Origin: Nitrosopumilus sp. | Lineage (GTDB): Archaea > Thermoproteota > Nitrososphaeria > Nitrososphaerales > Nitrosopumilaceae | Direction: 5' to 3' | DNA: 64,000 nt | NCBI GenBank assembly: GCA_965205425.1 | Contig: CBDBGZ010000004.1 | Location: forward strand, 249,682 to 313,681 | In this document: piece after piece, positions 54,878-64,000 of the stretch | How the letters are laid out: the number at the start of each line of letters is the position of its first letter | How positions within the stretch are numbered: position 1 is the stretch's first letter | Made by a program: the position numbers and the translations under genes | The notes under the pieces: model-generated | What the model was told of the DNA's origin: nothing | The model's input: only the letters and a program-made list of their open reading frames with translations | The model's database searches: none

Positions 54878-57045
54878 TCACTTTCTCTTCAAATAATTAG
54901 ACAGTATAATATCTGCCATCTCAGTAACTTCTACATCTTTCTTCATAGCCAAACTATGTAACTTCCTGGCATTTCCTTTAGTTAATTGTATGTGTTTAGG
55001 TCACGCCTAGATTAAACCGAATAATTTAGATCAGAGAAGAATTTTCAAGAAATAATGGACTCTAAACCGTGCAAAAACTGTGATGATTTGGCAAGAAAAA
55101 ATATAGAATTGGAAATCAAAATCAAGCAGCTGGAATCAAAATTATCTTACTATGATAACCCAAACTCTCCGCCATCATCTGATTCTCTCCATTGGAGGAA
55201 ACAAAAGAAGAACAGAAAATCAAACCATCACAACAAACCAGGACAAAAGCCGGGACACAAGGGAACAACTACTAATTTCAAACCAACAGAGACCATTCTT
55301 CACAAAACAGACCAATGCTCAAGATGTGGCAGCAAGAAGATAGAACAAACCACACAACAAACCAGAATCATTGCAGAAATTCCAAAACCGCAACCAGTTA
55401 TCATAACCAAACACGTAATCCACTCATACTTTTGCAACAACTGCGGCAACACAACGACATCTGATTGTGCAATACCCCAGAAAGGAAATTTGGGATTTAA
55501 TTTGACAGGGATCATACTATCTCTGTGGTCAGCTAGAATTACACTAAGAAACATTGCAAAGATGCTTCAATCATTTTATTGTATAAAAATATCTGCAGGT
55601 ACAATCAACAATTGTCTGTGTAACACTTCTGCAGCACTAGAACCTGTCGTAGAGAAAATCAGAGATGACATCTGTACCTCAAAATCTGCGCATTTTGATG
55701 AGACAAAATATTCCATTCATGGAAATACGGGATGGGTATGGACTGGAGTGAACCAGAACTCGTGTTTTATCACAGTTGAGAAAAGTCGAGGCAAAAATGT
55801 GTTACAGAAACATTTCCCATCATTTGCAGGAGTTGCAGTCTGTGACGGATGGATGCCATACCATATGTTTAGTATCAGACAGAGGTGCTGGGCCCACATA
55901 CTGCGTGAGGCAAGACACACATCAGAAAAACTAGAAACAGACAATTCTACCTCATTGTATCAATCTTTGAAAGAATTGTTTGTATACATCACATTATACA
56001 AAATAGAAAAACCAAATTATTTTCTGTATGATTCTGCCATACTGTCATTGGAGCAAATCCTGTTACAATATACTGATGATGAATCATTACAAAAATTTCT
56101 AACCAAGATTAATAACGCAAAGAATAACCTGTTCACATTTTTGCTATATCCAGGAGTGGAACCAACAAACAATGCAGCTGAGCGTGCATTACGAGAGTCA
56201 GTAATTTGTAGAAAGATTCGTGGATGTGTTAGGAATGAGAAGGGTATGAGAATGTTTGGAAATTTAATGAGTTGTATTATGACATGGAAGGTTAGGAATT
56301 GCAATATTTTAGATGAAATTGTGAAATATGTGTGAGTCTGGACCTAAACACGTACAGTTAATTCAATTGTGACTCTTTGTTGGAGTAATCCTGCTCTGGC
56401 TCTTTTTAGTAATTTTAGATGTGATGACTTTGGAGATCTACTTAAAGCCTTGAGGTATTCCTTTCGTAGTTTCTGATCTAGCGGAATAATTTTCTCTGCA
56501 ATGGATACAGCCTTTGGTACATTTGATACAATTTGATATAATTTCACACAATCATCACGAGACAACTCTTTTGGAACAAACTGTTTTAGTTTCTCTGGAA
56601 CTGCTGCAAATCCAAGGTATTTTTTCAGAGTCTGAGATGAAATCCCTAATGACTTTGCAGATTTACTTTTGCCTATAGATTCACTCAAGAACACACAAGC
56701 TGCTGTCATATCTTTTGTGTTCATTTTATTTCTATGTAGATTCTCAACAACTGATGCTGCCTTTGCATCCTCTAAATCATATTTGGTACTATTAGTTAAC
56801 AGTAATACGGGTATCTTTTTTGCACCTAGTCTTTTCAAAGCTGCAAGCCTTCTCTGGCCTGACATTAACAGATAAGAGTTCTTACCATTTTTCTGGACCA
56901 TTGGCGGATTTTGTAACCCATCATTTCTGATAGACTTTGCAAGTTCTGCAATTCCCTCTCTATCAAGTTTTCTTGCCTGAGCATCCCTCCATACTGTAAT
57001 GTATTTTATTGGGATCTCTTTTAATCGATAAGTAATTGGGGGATG
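54878..57045 (-). pseudogene. ParB/Spo0J-like protein split by IS66 and lacking its start
   Basis: ELAKSIRNDGLQNPP, SGQRRLAA and ENLHR motifs; the C-terminus resumes at 54987-54878; no start codon before the TIR at 57046. Confidence 0.87.
54988..56355 (+). mobile_element. IS66-family element, copy 4 (intact ORF 55055-56335)
   Basis: 1368 bp; TSD AGTTAATT. Confidence 0.96.
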
Positions 57046-57559
57046 TGGTAAATTCTAGTGATCTAGGTATCAAATCATGAATTATGGATCTTCTCCAAAT
57101 TCGATTTTGAGTTTTTGATATTATTCTGACTAGGTTAATTACCCAAAATTATCTCTGTAACACTGCTGTTAAATTTTGGTGATCTTTAAATTTAACCTAA
57201 AAGTAATATCTCCAATAACTATGAACAACAAAACTAACAATAACAAAAAAACAACGATAATGACTTCAACTATGATGATGACTTTCTTTGTATTGGTGTT
57301 TGTACCTGCAATAATGGATGTTTACGCAGATACTGTAATATTGACAAGAGAACACATTCCAACTTTCCCTGAAAACCCATTCACCATAAAAGATGTAACT
57401 ATAAGTAGTTCGGGAGATTTACATGCAGGCGTATATGCATTAGGTATAATTGGTGGTAACAGTGAACGAATTACACCGCCATTTCATCCAGATAATTATA
57501 TCGATTTTGGTGAAGATCTACATTTACTGTTTTACGGTACAGATCACTAGAATTTACCA
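57046..57559. mobile_element. Non-autonomous TIR element (MITE-like) containing a signal-peptide ORF
   Basis: Perfect 19-bp inverted repeat TGGTAAATTCTAGTGATCT; ORF 57221-57550 stops inside the right repeat. Confidence 0.65.
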
Positions 57560-57758
57560 GAACCGGAGATGTCACATCAATGGAATGGATGGATTTTGGA
57601 GTTTTGCAAAAGAGAACATGGCAAAGCATCATGGTGTCAGTCCAGGTAAATTCTTGTTGTACATCAAAGAGATGGAATGGAGATACAACAACAGAGATGG
57701 TGGATATTTTCTCATTATTGTTAGATTATGTGTTGGGGGTAAATAATTGATAATCACC
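57560..57758 (+). pseudogene. 3' remnant of a divergent IS1595 copy
   Basis: INGMDGFWSFAKENMAKHHG and right end ATAATCACC. Confidence 0.9.
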
Positions 57759-57927
57759 AAAAATTATTGTAATTCTTTGATTTTATCATCAATGTCTTTT
57801 GTTGCATTTCTACAATTTTCAATACTTAAAAAATTTCTACGAAAAGCAAGGTCAAGTGTTTGTCTAATTAACATTAATAACATAAGATCAGACTCATTTT
57901 TGTATGGCATAAGAAAGATTGTATGTA

Positions 57928-58719
57928 TTAGTTAAGTGAATAAGCACCAGCTGTAGTTTTGTGTATAGAATTTCTTGGAACATCGTCAATCCAAGAATAT
58001 TCTAATGTAGCATATGACGGTCTTACATATGTAGAAGTAAAGTCAAATGAAGGTGAATGTTGTATTTCAACATTATAGTTATTTACTACACGATGGGTTG
58101 AATACCAATCAATAGAGCCACTTTTCTTTAAAGAATAATGAGACCAAGGTTTTATTTCTGCATAATGTTGATCTGTTATGACTTGAGAGATATATGGTAT
58201 AGATGGTGATGCCTGTGTAACTACTGCCCAAGTGTTAGCTGATTCAGATGTTTTCCAAATAGGTTGTATTATCCACCAATCAAAACCTGAAACAAAATAA
58301 CCACTTTGAGAACAGGTTGAGCAAGTATGTGATACTGATACAGTTTGAGAATCATAAGAAGTTAGATGAACTTCATGTGAAATTTCATCAGGGTGTGGAG
58401 GATGGCTTAATGAACGCCAATAATCAGGATTATCCTCATATTGTTTAGCTGAAGCGATACCCTCTTTGTTGAGTTCATATCGAATTTTTTTAAAGTCTTT
58501 TGTTAGTTGCTCTATTTTGTTTTCATCTACATTTGTTTTCTCTCTTTCTTTTTCTAGTTCTTTCCATATTTCTGCACCTTCAATAGATTTAATTTTCGTT
58601 TCAGGTGAAAGTTCAGCGTAAACATCTAGAATACTAAATGGTATAATTAGTACACTCATCAAAGATGCAAAGAGAATTATTTTGAGTGTCTTATCTAGCA
58701 TTGCTACATAATAGCTCAA
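57928..58719 (-). CDS. Secreted hypothetical protein
   Basis: Signal peptide ending VYA; helical N-terminal part and beta-rich C-terminal part. Confidence 0.75.
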   Translation of the reverse strand: MSYYVAMLDKTLKIILFASLMSVLIIPFSILDVYAELSPETKIKSIEGAEIWKELEKEREKTNVDENKIEQLTKDFKKIRYELNKEGIASAKQYEDNPDYWRSLSHPPHPDEISHEVHLTSYDSQTVSVSHTCSTCSQSGYFVSGFDWWIIQPIWKTSESANTWAVVTQASPSIPYISQVITDQHYAEIKPWSHYSLKKSGSIDWYSTHRVVNNYNVEIQHSPSFDFTSTYVRPSYATLEYSWIDDVPRNSIHKTTAGAYSLN

Positions 58720-58760
58720 ATTAGAATATAAAAATAGCGATCAGGGATTATAATTATCTT

Positions 58761-59666
58761 GGTGATTATCAATTATTCACCACCAACACATAATCTAACA
58801 ATAATGAGAAAGTATCCTCATCTCTGTTGTTGTATCTCCATTCCATTTCTTTGATGTACAACAAAAACATTCCTGGACTTACTCCGTGATGCTTTGCCAT
58901 GTTCTCTTTTGCAAAACTCCAAAACCCTTCGATTCCATTTATGTAAACATCGCCTTTACCAAACATTTTGCTGTGGTCTATTGAGAGATGCTTGTAACCA
59001 TTGAAAATTAGAGAATCATATCCTTTCCACTTGTCCGTATACACAATACTTCCTTTCTTTACTTTCTTGATGGTGCTTGCAAGAAGAGTTTTAGCTTTGA
59101 CGTTGTTTACAATCTCAACGTGAACTTTTCCCTTTCTTTCCAGTATGCCAAATACGATGGTCTTGTTCTTGGCACCTCTGCCACGATTTCCCTTTCTTTT
59201 TCCTCCAAAATACGCCTCGTCAGCCTCAATTTTCCCTTTTAGTTTCTTGTCAGATTCTGCTAGATGATACAGTATGGCATATCTAATACAATCAAAAGCA
59301 TTTAGTGCAGTTGGATAACTGACATCCGCTTCTCTAGCTGCACGTCTTGCACTAATCCCAAGATCAAATAGTTTGACTAGGGCCAACCATTTTGTAAAAT
59401 TAATGTTGATGATATCAAACCATGTTCCAGCAAACGGTCTATAATCTGTCTTGCAATCTTTGCATCTTAGTTTCCCTCTTGAAATAATATAGTAATTCTC
59501 AGAGTTACATGATGAACAATGAATTGTGTTTTTCTTTTTGAATTGGTTGCAGAGAAATTCCAATGCCGTTGATTTGTTGTGAATTATTTTAGATAACTCA
59601 ATTATGTTGATTGTTTTTTCCAATAATTACTCAAAAATAGTTGGTGGTAATAGGTTTACAATCACC
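58761..59666 (-). mobile_element. IS1595-family element, copy 4
   Basis: 906 bp; TSD ATTATCTT. Confidence 0.96.
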
Positions 59667-59698
59667 ATTATCTTTTCCGGAAATTATTTCACCCCTTA

Positions 59699-59897
59699 TA
59701 CCCCAGATCATAAGTCTTTTCAATTTACTGTTCTTGCAAAATACTGATACATATTCAAATTAAATTTGTGCGTTCTAAAATATTCCATAACTGTATGTCT
59801 CATCTCATGAATAGATTCATAAAATTCTGATTCAACATTAACATGTTTGCACTGTCTCCAAATCTCTTCAATCATACTCAAATGTGGAGAACCTCTC
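59699..59897 (-). pseudogene. 3' end fragment of IS630 type 2
   Basis: Near-identical to 50950-51148 including the terminal repeat; preceded by TA. Confidence 0.9.
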
Positions 59898-59936
59898 AGG
59901 ATTGATTTATATGATAAAATAAAAAGTCAGATTAGC

Positions 59937-60344
59937 ATGAGCCAAGAAAATCCATCATCTACAAACAATACTTTTGTTCAAACAGACGATCTATATTCAA
60001 TATACGAACAAACTACTCTGAAATATTTTGAGAATGTTAGAAAGAACTATCCACAATACTTTCAGGCACTGACTAATTTCCAACAAGAATGCATAAAGAC
60101 ATTTGAGAATGCCATATACACCATGATTAAAACACAACAAAACTATGCCAAACAATATAGCATGAATAGTACAATTTCAACAGATGCAAAAAATACAATA
60201 TCTGAGTGCACCTCACAGATGATTCAGGCAAGTGATATAAATTCCAAAATCAGAAAGACCGTACTTGATACGATGACTGAAAATCTCAAAGTTTTCAATG
60301 ACAGTGTAAAGTCATTTGCCGATGTAAACAAGTCTGCAAACTAG
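59937..60344 (+). CDS. Hypothetical amphipathic-helical protein
   Basis: ATG 59937 after a TTTATA box. The upstream part of the track ORF is IS antisense sequence. Confidence 0.65.
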   Translation: MSQENPSSTNNTFVQTDDLYSIYEQTTLKYFENVRKNYPQYFQALTNFQQECIKTFENAIYTMIKTQQNYAKQYSMNSTISTDAKNTISECTSQMIQASDINSKIRKTVLDTMTENLKVFNDSVKSFADVNKSAN

Positions 60345-60833
60345 AAAAAAATCATATCTGATGAAATGTTAAATTTAATTTTTTATTTTACAAATCATTC
60401 CAAGCCAGAGACATTCCAAGCTAGAATGAATCTTTTTTATTTTCATAAAATTAGTTCTTTTATGTTGTGACGTTATTTTTTGTTTTATGAATTGTAATGT
60501 AGTAGAATCATGACTGTATTTCTCAGATTCTACTAATTTTAGAAAAAACAATGAACTGAGGAGATGTTGCAAAGACTAGGCCCACGTGCATTTAATTTTA
60601 TTTACATTTAATTTTTTGATTTTAGGATAAAATTAATTTAAAATTTCAGGACTGGGCCCCCTTGCATCTCAAATTAATTTCAATGTAAAATGAGATTAAC
60701 TTTTCATTTTTAAACTTCATTCCGGGATTCTCATGCGATGTCACATTAATTTCAGGTATTGTGCTGGGATTATTCCATTTCAGAAAAGTTTTGTATCCAT
60801 GAAATGATAGTACAGTGTAAATAGAGTCAATTT

Positions 60834-62300
60834 ATGAAGGTGTACAATAACATGAATTATACAAAAAACAATCAAAAAATGACTTTCTTGTTTGCTGGAA
60901 TAATTGGTATGATGATATTACCATTTGGTACAATGAGTGATACTTTTGCCCAGAGTGAACCCGGTAAGGATTCTACAGGCAAGACAGGACCAGTTGGAAC
61001 TGTAAATGAATCTGCTGATATCAAATTACAGGAAATAGAAGAAAAACAACAGACTTTAAAAAACAAACATCATGCAATAAATGAGGAATTCAACAGTACC
61101 AATTCAACTAAAAAAATTACAGAATTAAAGTCTGATTATATCCAGACCGTCAAAGAACTAAATACTTTATCTTATGTAGAGCCTGAAAGGAATTACCTTG
61201 CAGAATGGACTGCATTGGATGCACAAATTATAATTCTCGAGGAACTGCAATGGAATAATCACGCAAAACCAAGACAGGTAATGATAGACGGACTATATGA
61301 ACAAATGAATGAGATTGAGCAAGAAAGTATTGCCTCCATGGTCTTAGATGCTGCAGATAAGACCAAACTATATAATTTAGAAATGGAATTACACAATAAA
61401 TACTCCAACCCTGATCACGAAACTTTTGTCAGTAATGAGTTTGTAGAGTATGCATATGTAGATCATGTGCAAGAGAAGGTATTCCTTGTAATTGATGAAA
61501 ACAAGGCACTTGCAGAAAATGGTATTTCATCCATACTTGTTGCACAAAATGTAATGGATGATGTTGGAATTGATAATATAACAATAGACTTTGCAGAGAT
61601 TACCCCACTAAGATGTAACAGTGTGACATCAGACTGTGATCCACTTATTGGTGGAATCTCAATTGGAAGGGCAGATTCACCAAATGATCATTCAGGTACC
61701 ATAGGATTCCGAGCTAAGGATAGTGGCAATAATAACGGATTTGTAACTGCAGGCCATGCAGTTCAATTTGAGGATTCTACTAATACTGTAATGCATCAAC
61801 CACACACCAGTACATCAATTATAGGCACAATTCCAAGTAATGGTGATATGGTATGCTATACCGGAGGCGGTGTAGATAAAGGTGAGCGAACTATAAATGG
61901 CAAACCATGTGACTTTGCATTTGTAAAAACTGCCAGAGGCGTATCAATTAATGATGATATTTACAAGTCTCCAAATAGAACATATGACATTAATGCATTA
62001 GCTATACCATCTGATCAAGTACGCGGAACAATGCTAAAACTTGTCGGCTCCAACAGCGGAACAGTTACAGGTTCGATACAAACTATTCTTTCAATTAGCG
62101 ACAGAGTTCTGATGACTGTGCATTCTCCTGCAATTGCTGGAGATAGTGGTGGACCAGTATTCAAATCATCCACAGGTGCTAGAAATACATCAACTGCTGA
62201 AATATTTGGTATTGTACTCAGCTCGCATGGTATTGCACGCATTATGTATGAACCTGTAGATAAGATAATGACAGAGTTGAACTTGAGACCATACCATTAA
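60834..62300 (+). CDS. Secreted S1 (alpha-lytic/streptogrisin-like) serine protease with long pro-region
   Basis: Signal peptide; GFVTAGH, DFAFV and GDSGGPV triad motifs. Confidence 0.9.
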   Translation: MKVYNNMNYTKNNQKMTFLFAGIIGMMILPFGTMSDTFAQSEPGKDSTGKTGPVGTVNESADIKLQEIEEKQQTLKNKHHAINEEFNSTNSTKKITELKSDYIQTVKELNTLSYVEPERNYLAEWTALDAQIIILEELQWNNHAKPRQVMIDGLYEQMNEIEQESIASMVLDAADKTKLYNLEMELHNKYSNPDHETFVSNEFVEYAYVDHVQEKVFLVIDENKALAENGISSILVAQNVMDDVGIDNITIDFAEITPLRCNSVTSDCDPLIGGISIGRADSPNDHSGTIGFRAKDSGNNNGFVTAGHAVQFEDSTNTVMHQPHTSTSIIGTIPSNGDMVCYTGGGVDKGERTINGKPCDFAFVKTARGVSINDDIYKSPNRTYDINALAIPSDQVRGTMLKLVGSNSGTVTGSIQTILSISDRVLMTVHSPAIAGDSGGPVFKSSTGARNTSTAEIFGIVLSSHGIARIMYEPVDKIMTELNLRPYH

Positions 62301-62884
62301 TGTTCATACCTTTTCTTTTTATTTTATTTGTAGTATCTCTTTCGTTAATCCAATTATCATATTCAGTTGAGAATAACTGGAAAGAAATTAATGTTGATTC
62401 GAGACTTGATAACCAAACAAAATATATCTTTTATTATAATTCTGAAGGCATTGAATTGATAGATGTACAATATTTTACTGATTTCCCGTCACCTGGTTTC
62501 GTATTTAACACAACACAAGTCATAGACAAACAAGCACAGATCAAGGCACCTAGAAATTATCCAGTAGATTCACATCAGGAATGGATTATAGTTACAGACA
62601 TTAGCGGTTCTTATGAATATGAGGAAAGTGATTGTTTTTACACTTACACGATTAGTACAATAAATTCAAAAGTGTTAGATTTTGGATATTATACAGTGCT
62701 TGCAGCTGACCTAGACGAAGTTGAAATACTCCAAATACCTGATTACTGTTTACCTCATACTATTGCCAACTATCCTCAAAGTATGAAAACATATGAGAAC
62801 ATTAGAGGAGAACAGGTGAATGTGTATTTATCATCAGTTCTAAAGTTGTTGGAGAGAAATTATCTTGTTGAAGCAATAAACTAA
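62300..62884 (+). CDS. Secreted hypothetical protein coupled to the protease
   Basis: TAATG overlap; hydrophobic N-terminus. Confidence 0.75.
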   Translation: MFIPFLFILFVVSLSLIQLSYSVENNWKEINVDSRLDNQTKYIFYYNSEGIELIDVQYFTDFPSPGFVFNTTQVIDKQAQIKAPRNYPVDSHQEWIIVTDISGSYEYEESDCFYTYTISTINSKVLDFGYYTVLAADLDEVEILQIPDYCLPHTIANYPQSMKTYENIRGEQVNVYLSSVLKLLERNYLVEAIN

Positions 62885-62925
62885 TTGCACGATGTTTTCT
62901 TATTTTGCTCAAGACGTGTCACATA

Positions 62926-64000
62926 TACCTCGGAGCATAATTCTTTGCAATTTTTCAAAACAAATAGCAATACTTTTTGATCAGTAGTTAGAAATAATTT
63001 CATGGACATCACAAATGACGAGTTACTCCAGGGCCTACAAAAAAGAAAAGTACGGTAAGAAAAAGGAAAGACTGCACGCAATGTGTATAATTAAGATCAA
63101 CGAATCCACAGTTGCTGAAACTGCCAACCAAATGTTTTGTACATACAATTCTGTAAGGAACTGGCTTGATTCATTTGAAAAATACGGATTGGAGGGCCTG
63201 GAGGACCCCCCCCCCTCGTTCTGGCCGTCCGCCATTAATCTCACACAAAAAATTACAAAAAATAGAGCGTACATTTAAGAAAATTTCAAACGGCATGACT
63301 CCAAAAAAACTGGTACAATTCATATTTTACAGAACACGCATTACATATCATATCACTCATGTGCGTCCTTTGATGCACAAATGGAATCTAAAACCAAAGG
63401 TTCCACAAAAGGTACATGTGCAAGCAGCATCCAAGGATACATGCCGCAAGTGGAAAAACCACATCATTTCACGCATAGAAAAGGCAAAAAAGAAAGGTTT
63501 TACAGTATTCATCCAAGACGAGTCTGTATTTGTAGACGATGTACGTCTTGGTAAAAAATACTGGACAGATGTACACCAACGAATGATTGTACGTTGGAGA
63601 GGATCGCACCAAAGATTTTTGGTTTATGGGATGGTGACAGATGGCAACCAAAGTTTTTTTAGATCGTATGAAAAATTTAATTCAATTGCATTTATGGATT
63701 ATTTGCAAGCAGCTCGTAGAAAATTTGGAAAAATATTTGTTATCGTCGATAGAACACCACAACACAAAGCTAATGATGTGAAAAAATATCTGCACAAAAA
63801 CAAGGATGTCAAACTGGCATATCTTCTGAGAGGCTCCCCGCATTTGAGTATGATTGAAGAGATTTGGAGACAGTGCAAACATGTTAATGTTGAATCAGAA
63901 TTTTATGAATCTATTCATGAGATGAGACATACAGTTATGGAATATTTTAGAACCCATAAATTTAATTTGAATATGTATCAGTATTTTGCAAGAACAGTAA
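62926..64000 (+). mobile_element. IS630 type 2, frameshifted copy running off the window end
   Basis: Left end TACCTCGGAGCATAA after TA; extra G near 63031 and a C10 run at 63206-63215. Confidence 0.92.

Noticed and set aside
57560..59666. IS1595 composite around the 57928-58719 gene
   Set aside because: Copy 4 has its own TSD (ATTATCTT), so it inserted independently.
60570..60780. Imperfect repeats GACT(A/G)GGCCC...TGCAT in an AT-rich gap as origin or CRISPR
   Set aside because: Only two degenerate copies, no regular spacing, and no cdc6 or cas gene nearby.
63206..63215. C10 run as a phase-variation switch for the IS630 transposase
   Set aside because: A separate extra G near 63031 already causes an early stop, so changing the run alone cannot restore the ORF. 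It may also be a homopolymer error.
302..63882. Many short antisense or overlapping ORFs in the supplied track
   Set aside because: They are shadows of real genes or recur only because the IS copies recur.
1..64000. CRISPR array, rRNA, integrase or provirus
   Set aside because: No repeat-spacer array, rRNA-like stretch, recombinase or duplicated tRNA 3' end found.

Overview
AT-rich archaeal chromosome segment that looks like an ammonia-oxidising thaumarchaeote (Nitrosopumilaceae-like). This is inferred from the TBP/TFB pair, short leaderless-style TATA promoters and IPSWIKNNAGWW repeats. The backbone holds Fe-S assembly (Rieske ferredoxin, sufD, sufB), tetrapyrrole synthesis (hemL-hemC-cobA-hemD), an arsenic module (MIP channel, arsC, arsR), sbtAB, PiT/DUF47, an ABC exporter, ppa, tbp, tfb, pepF, pdaD, a DsbA-like protein, a DEAD-box helicase, tRNA-Glu(CTC) and tRNA-Thr(TGT). 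About 19 kb (~30%, my sum of the element spans) is insertion-sequence DNA from at least seven element types, many nested and with exact target-site duplications (TSDs). The main find is a 7.6-kb composite transposon (44612-52256) bounded by two inverted IS5-like left ends and a perfect 9-bp TSD. It sits just after tRNA-Thr, and its only non-IS cargo is a secreted DUF4377-serpin with an inhibitory hinge. Other notable items: a possible second composite around a secreted S1 protease, a 19-bp-TIR non-autonomous element holding a captured gene start, two IS630 insertions duplicating GA/TC instead of TA, an uncalled metallothionein-like ORF, a secreted triple-repeat protein resembling tail-tube/Hcp folds, and a GC-rich candidate ncRNA. 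All family assignments come from motif recognition by eye; no searches were run.
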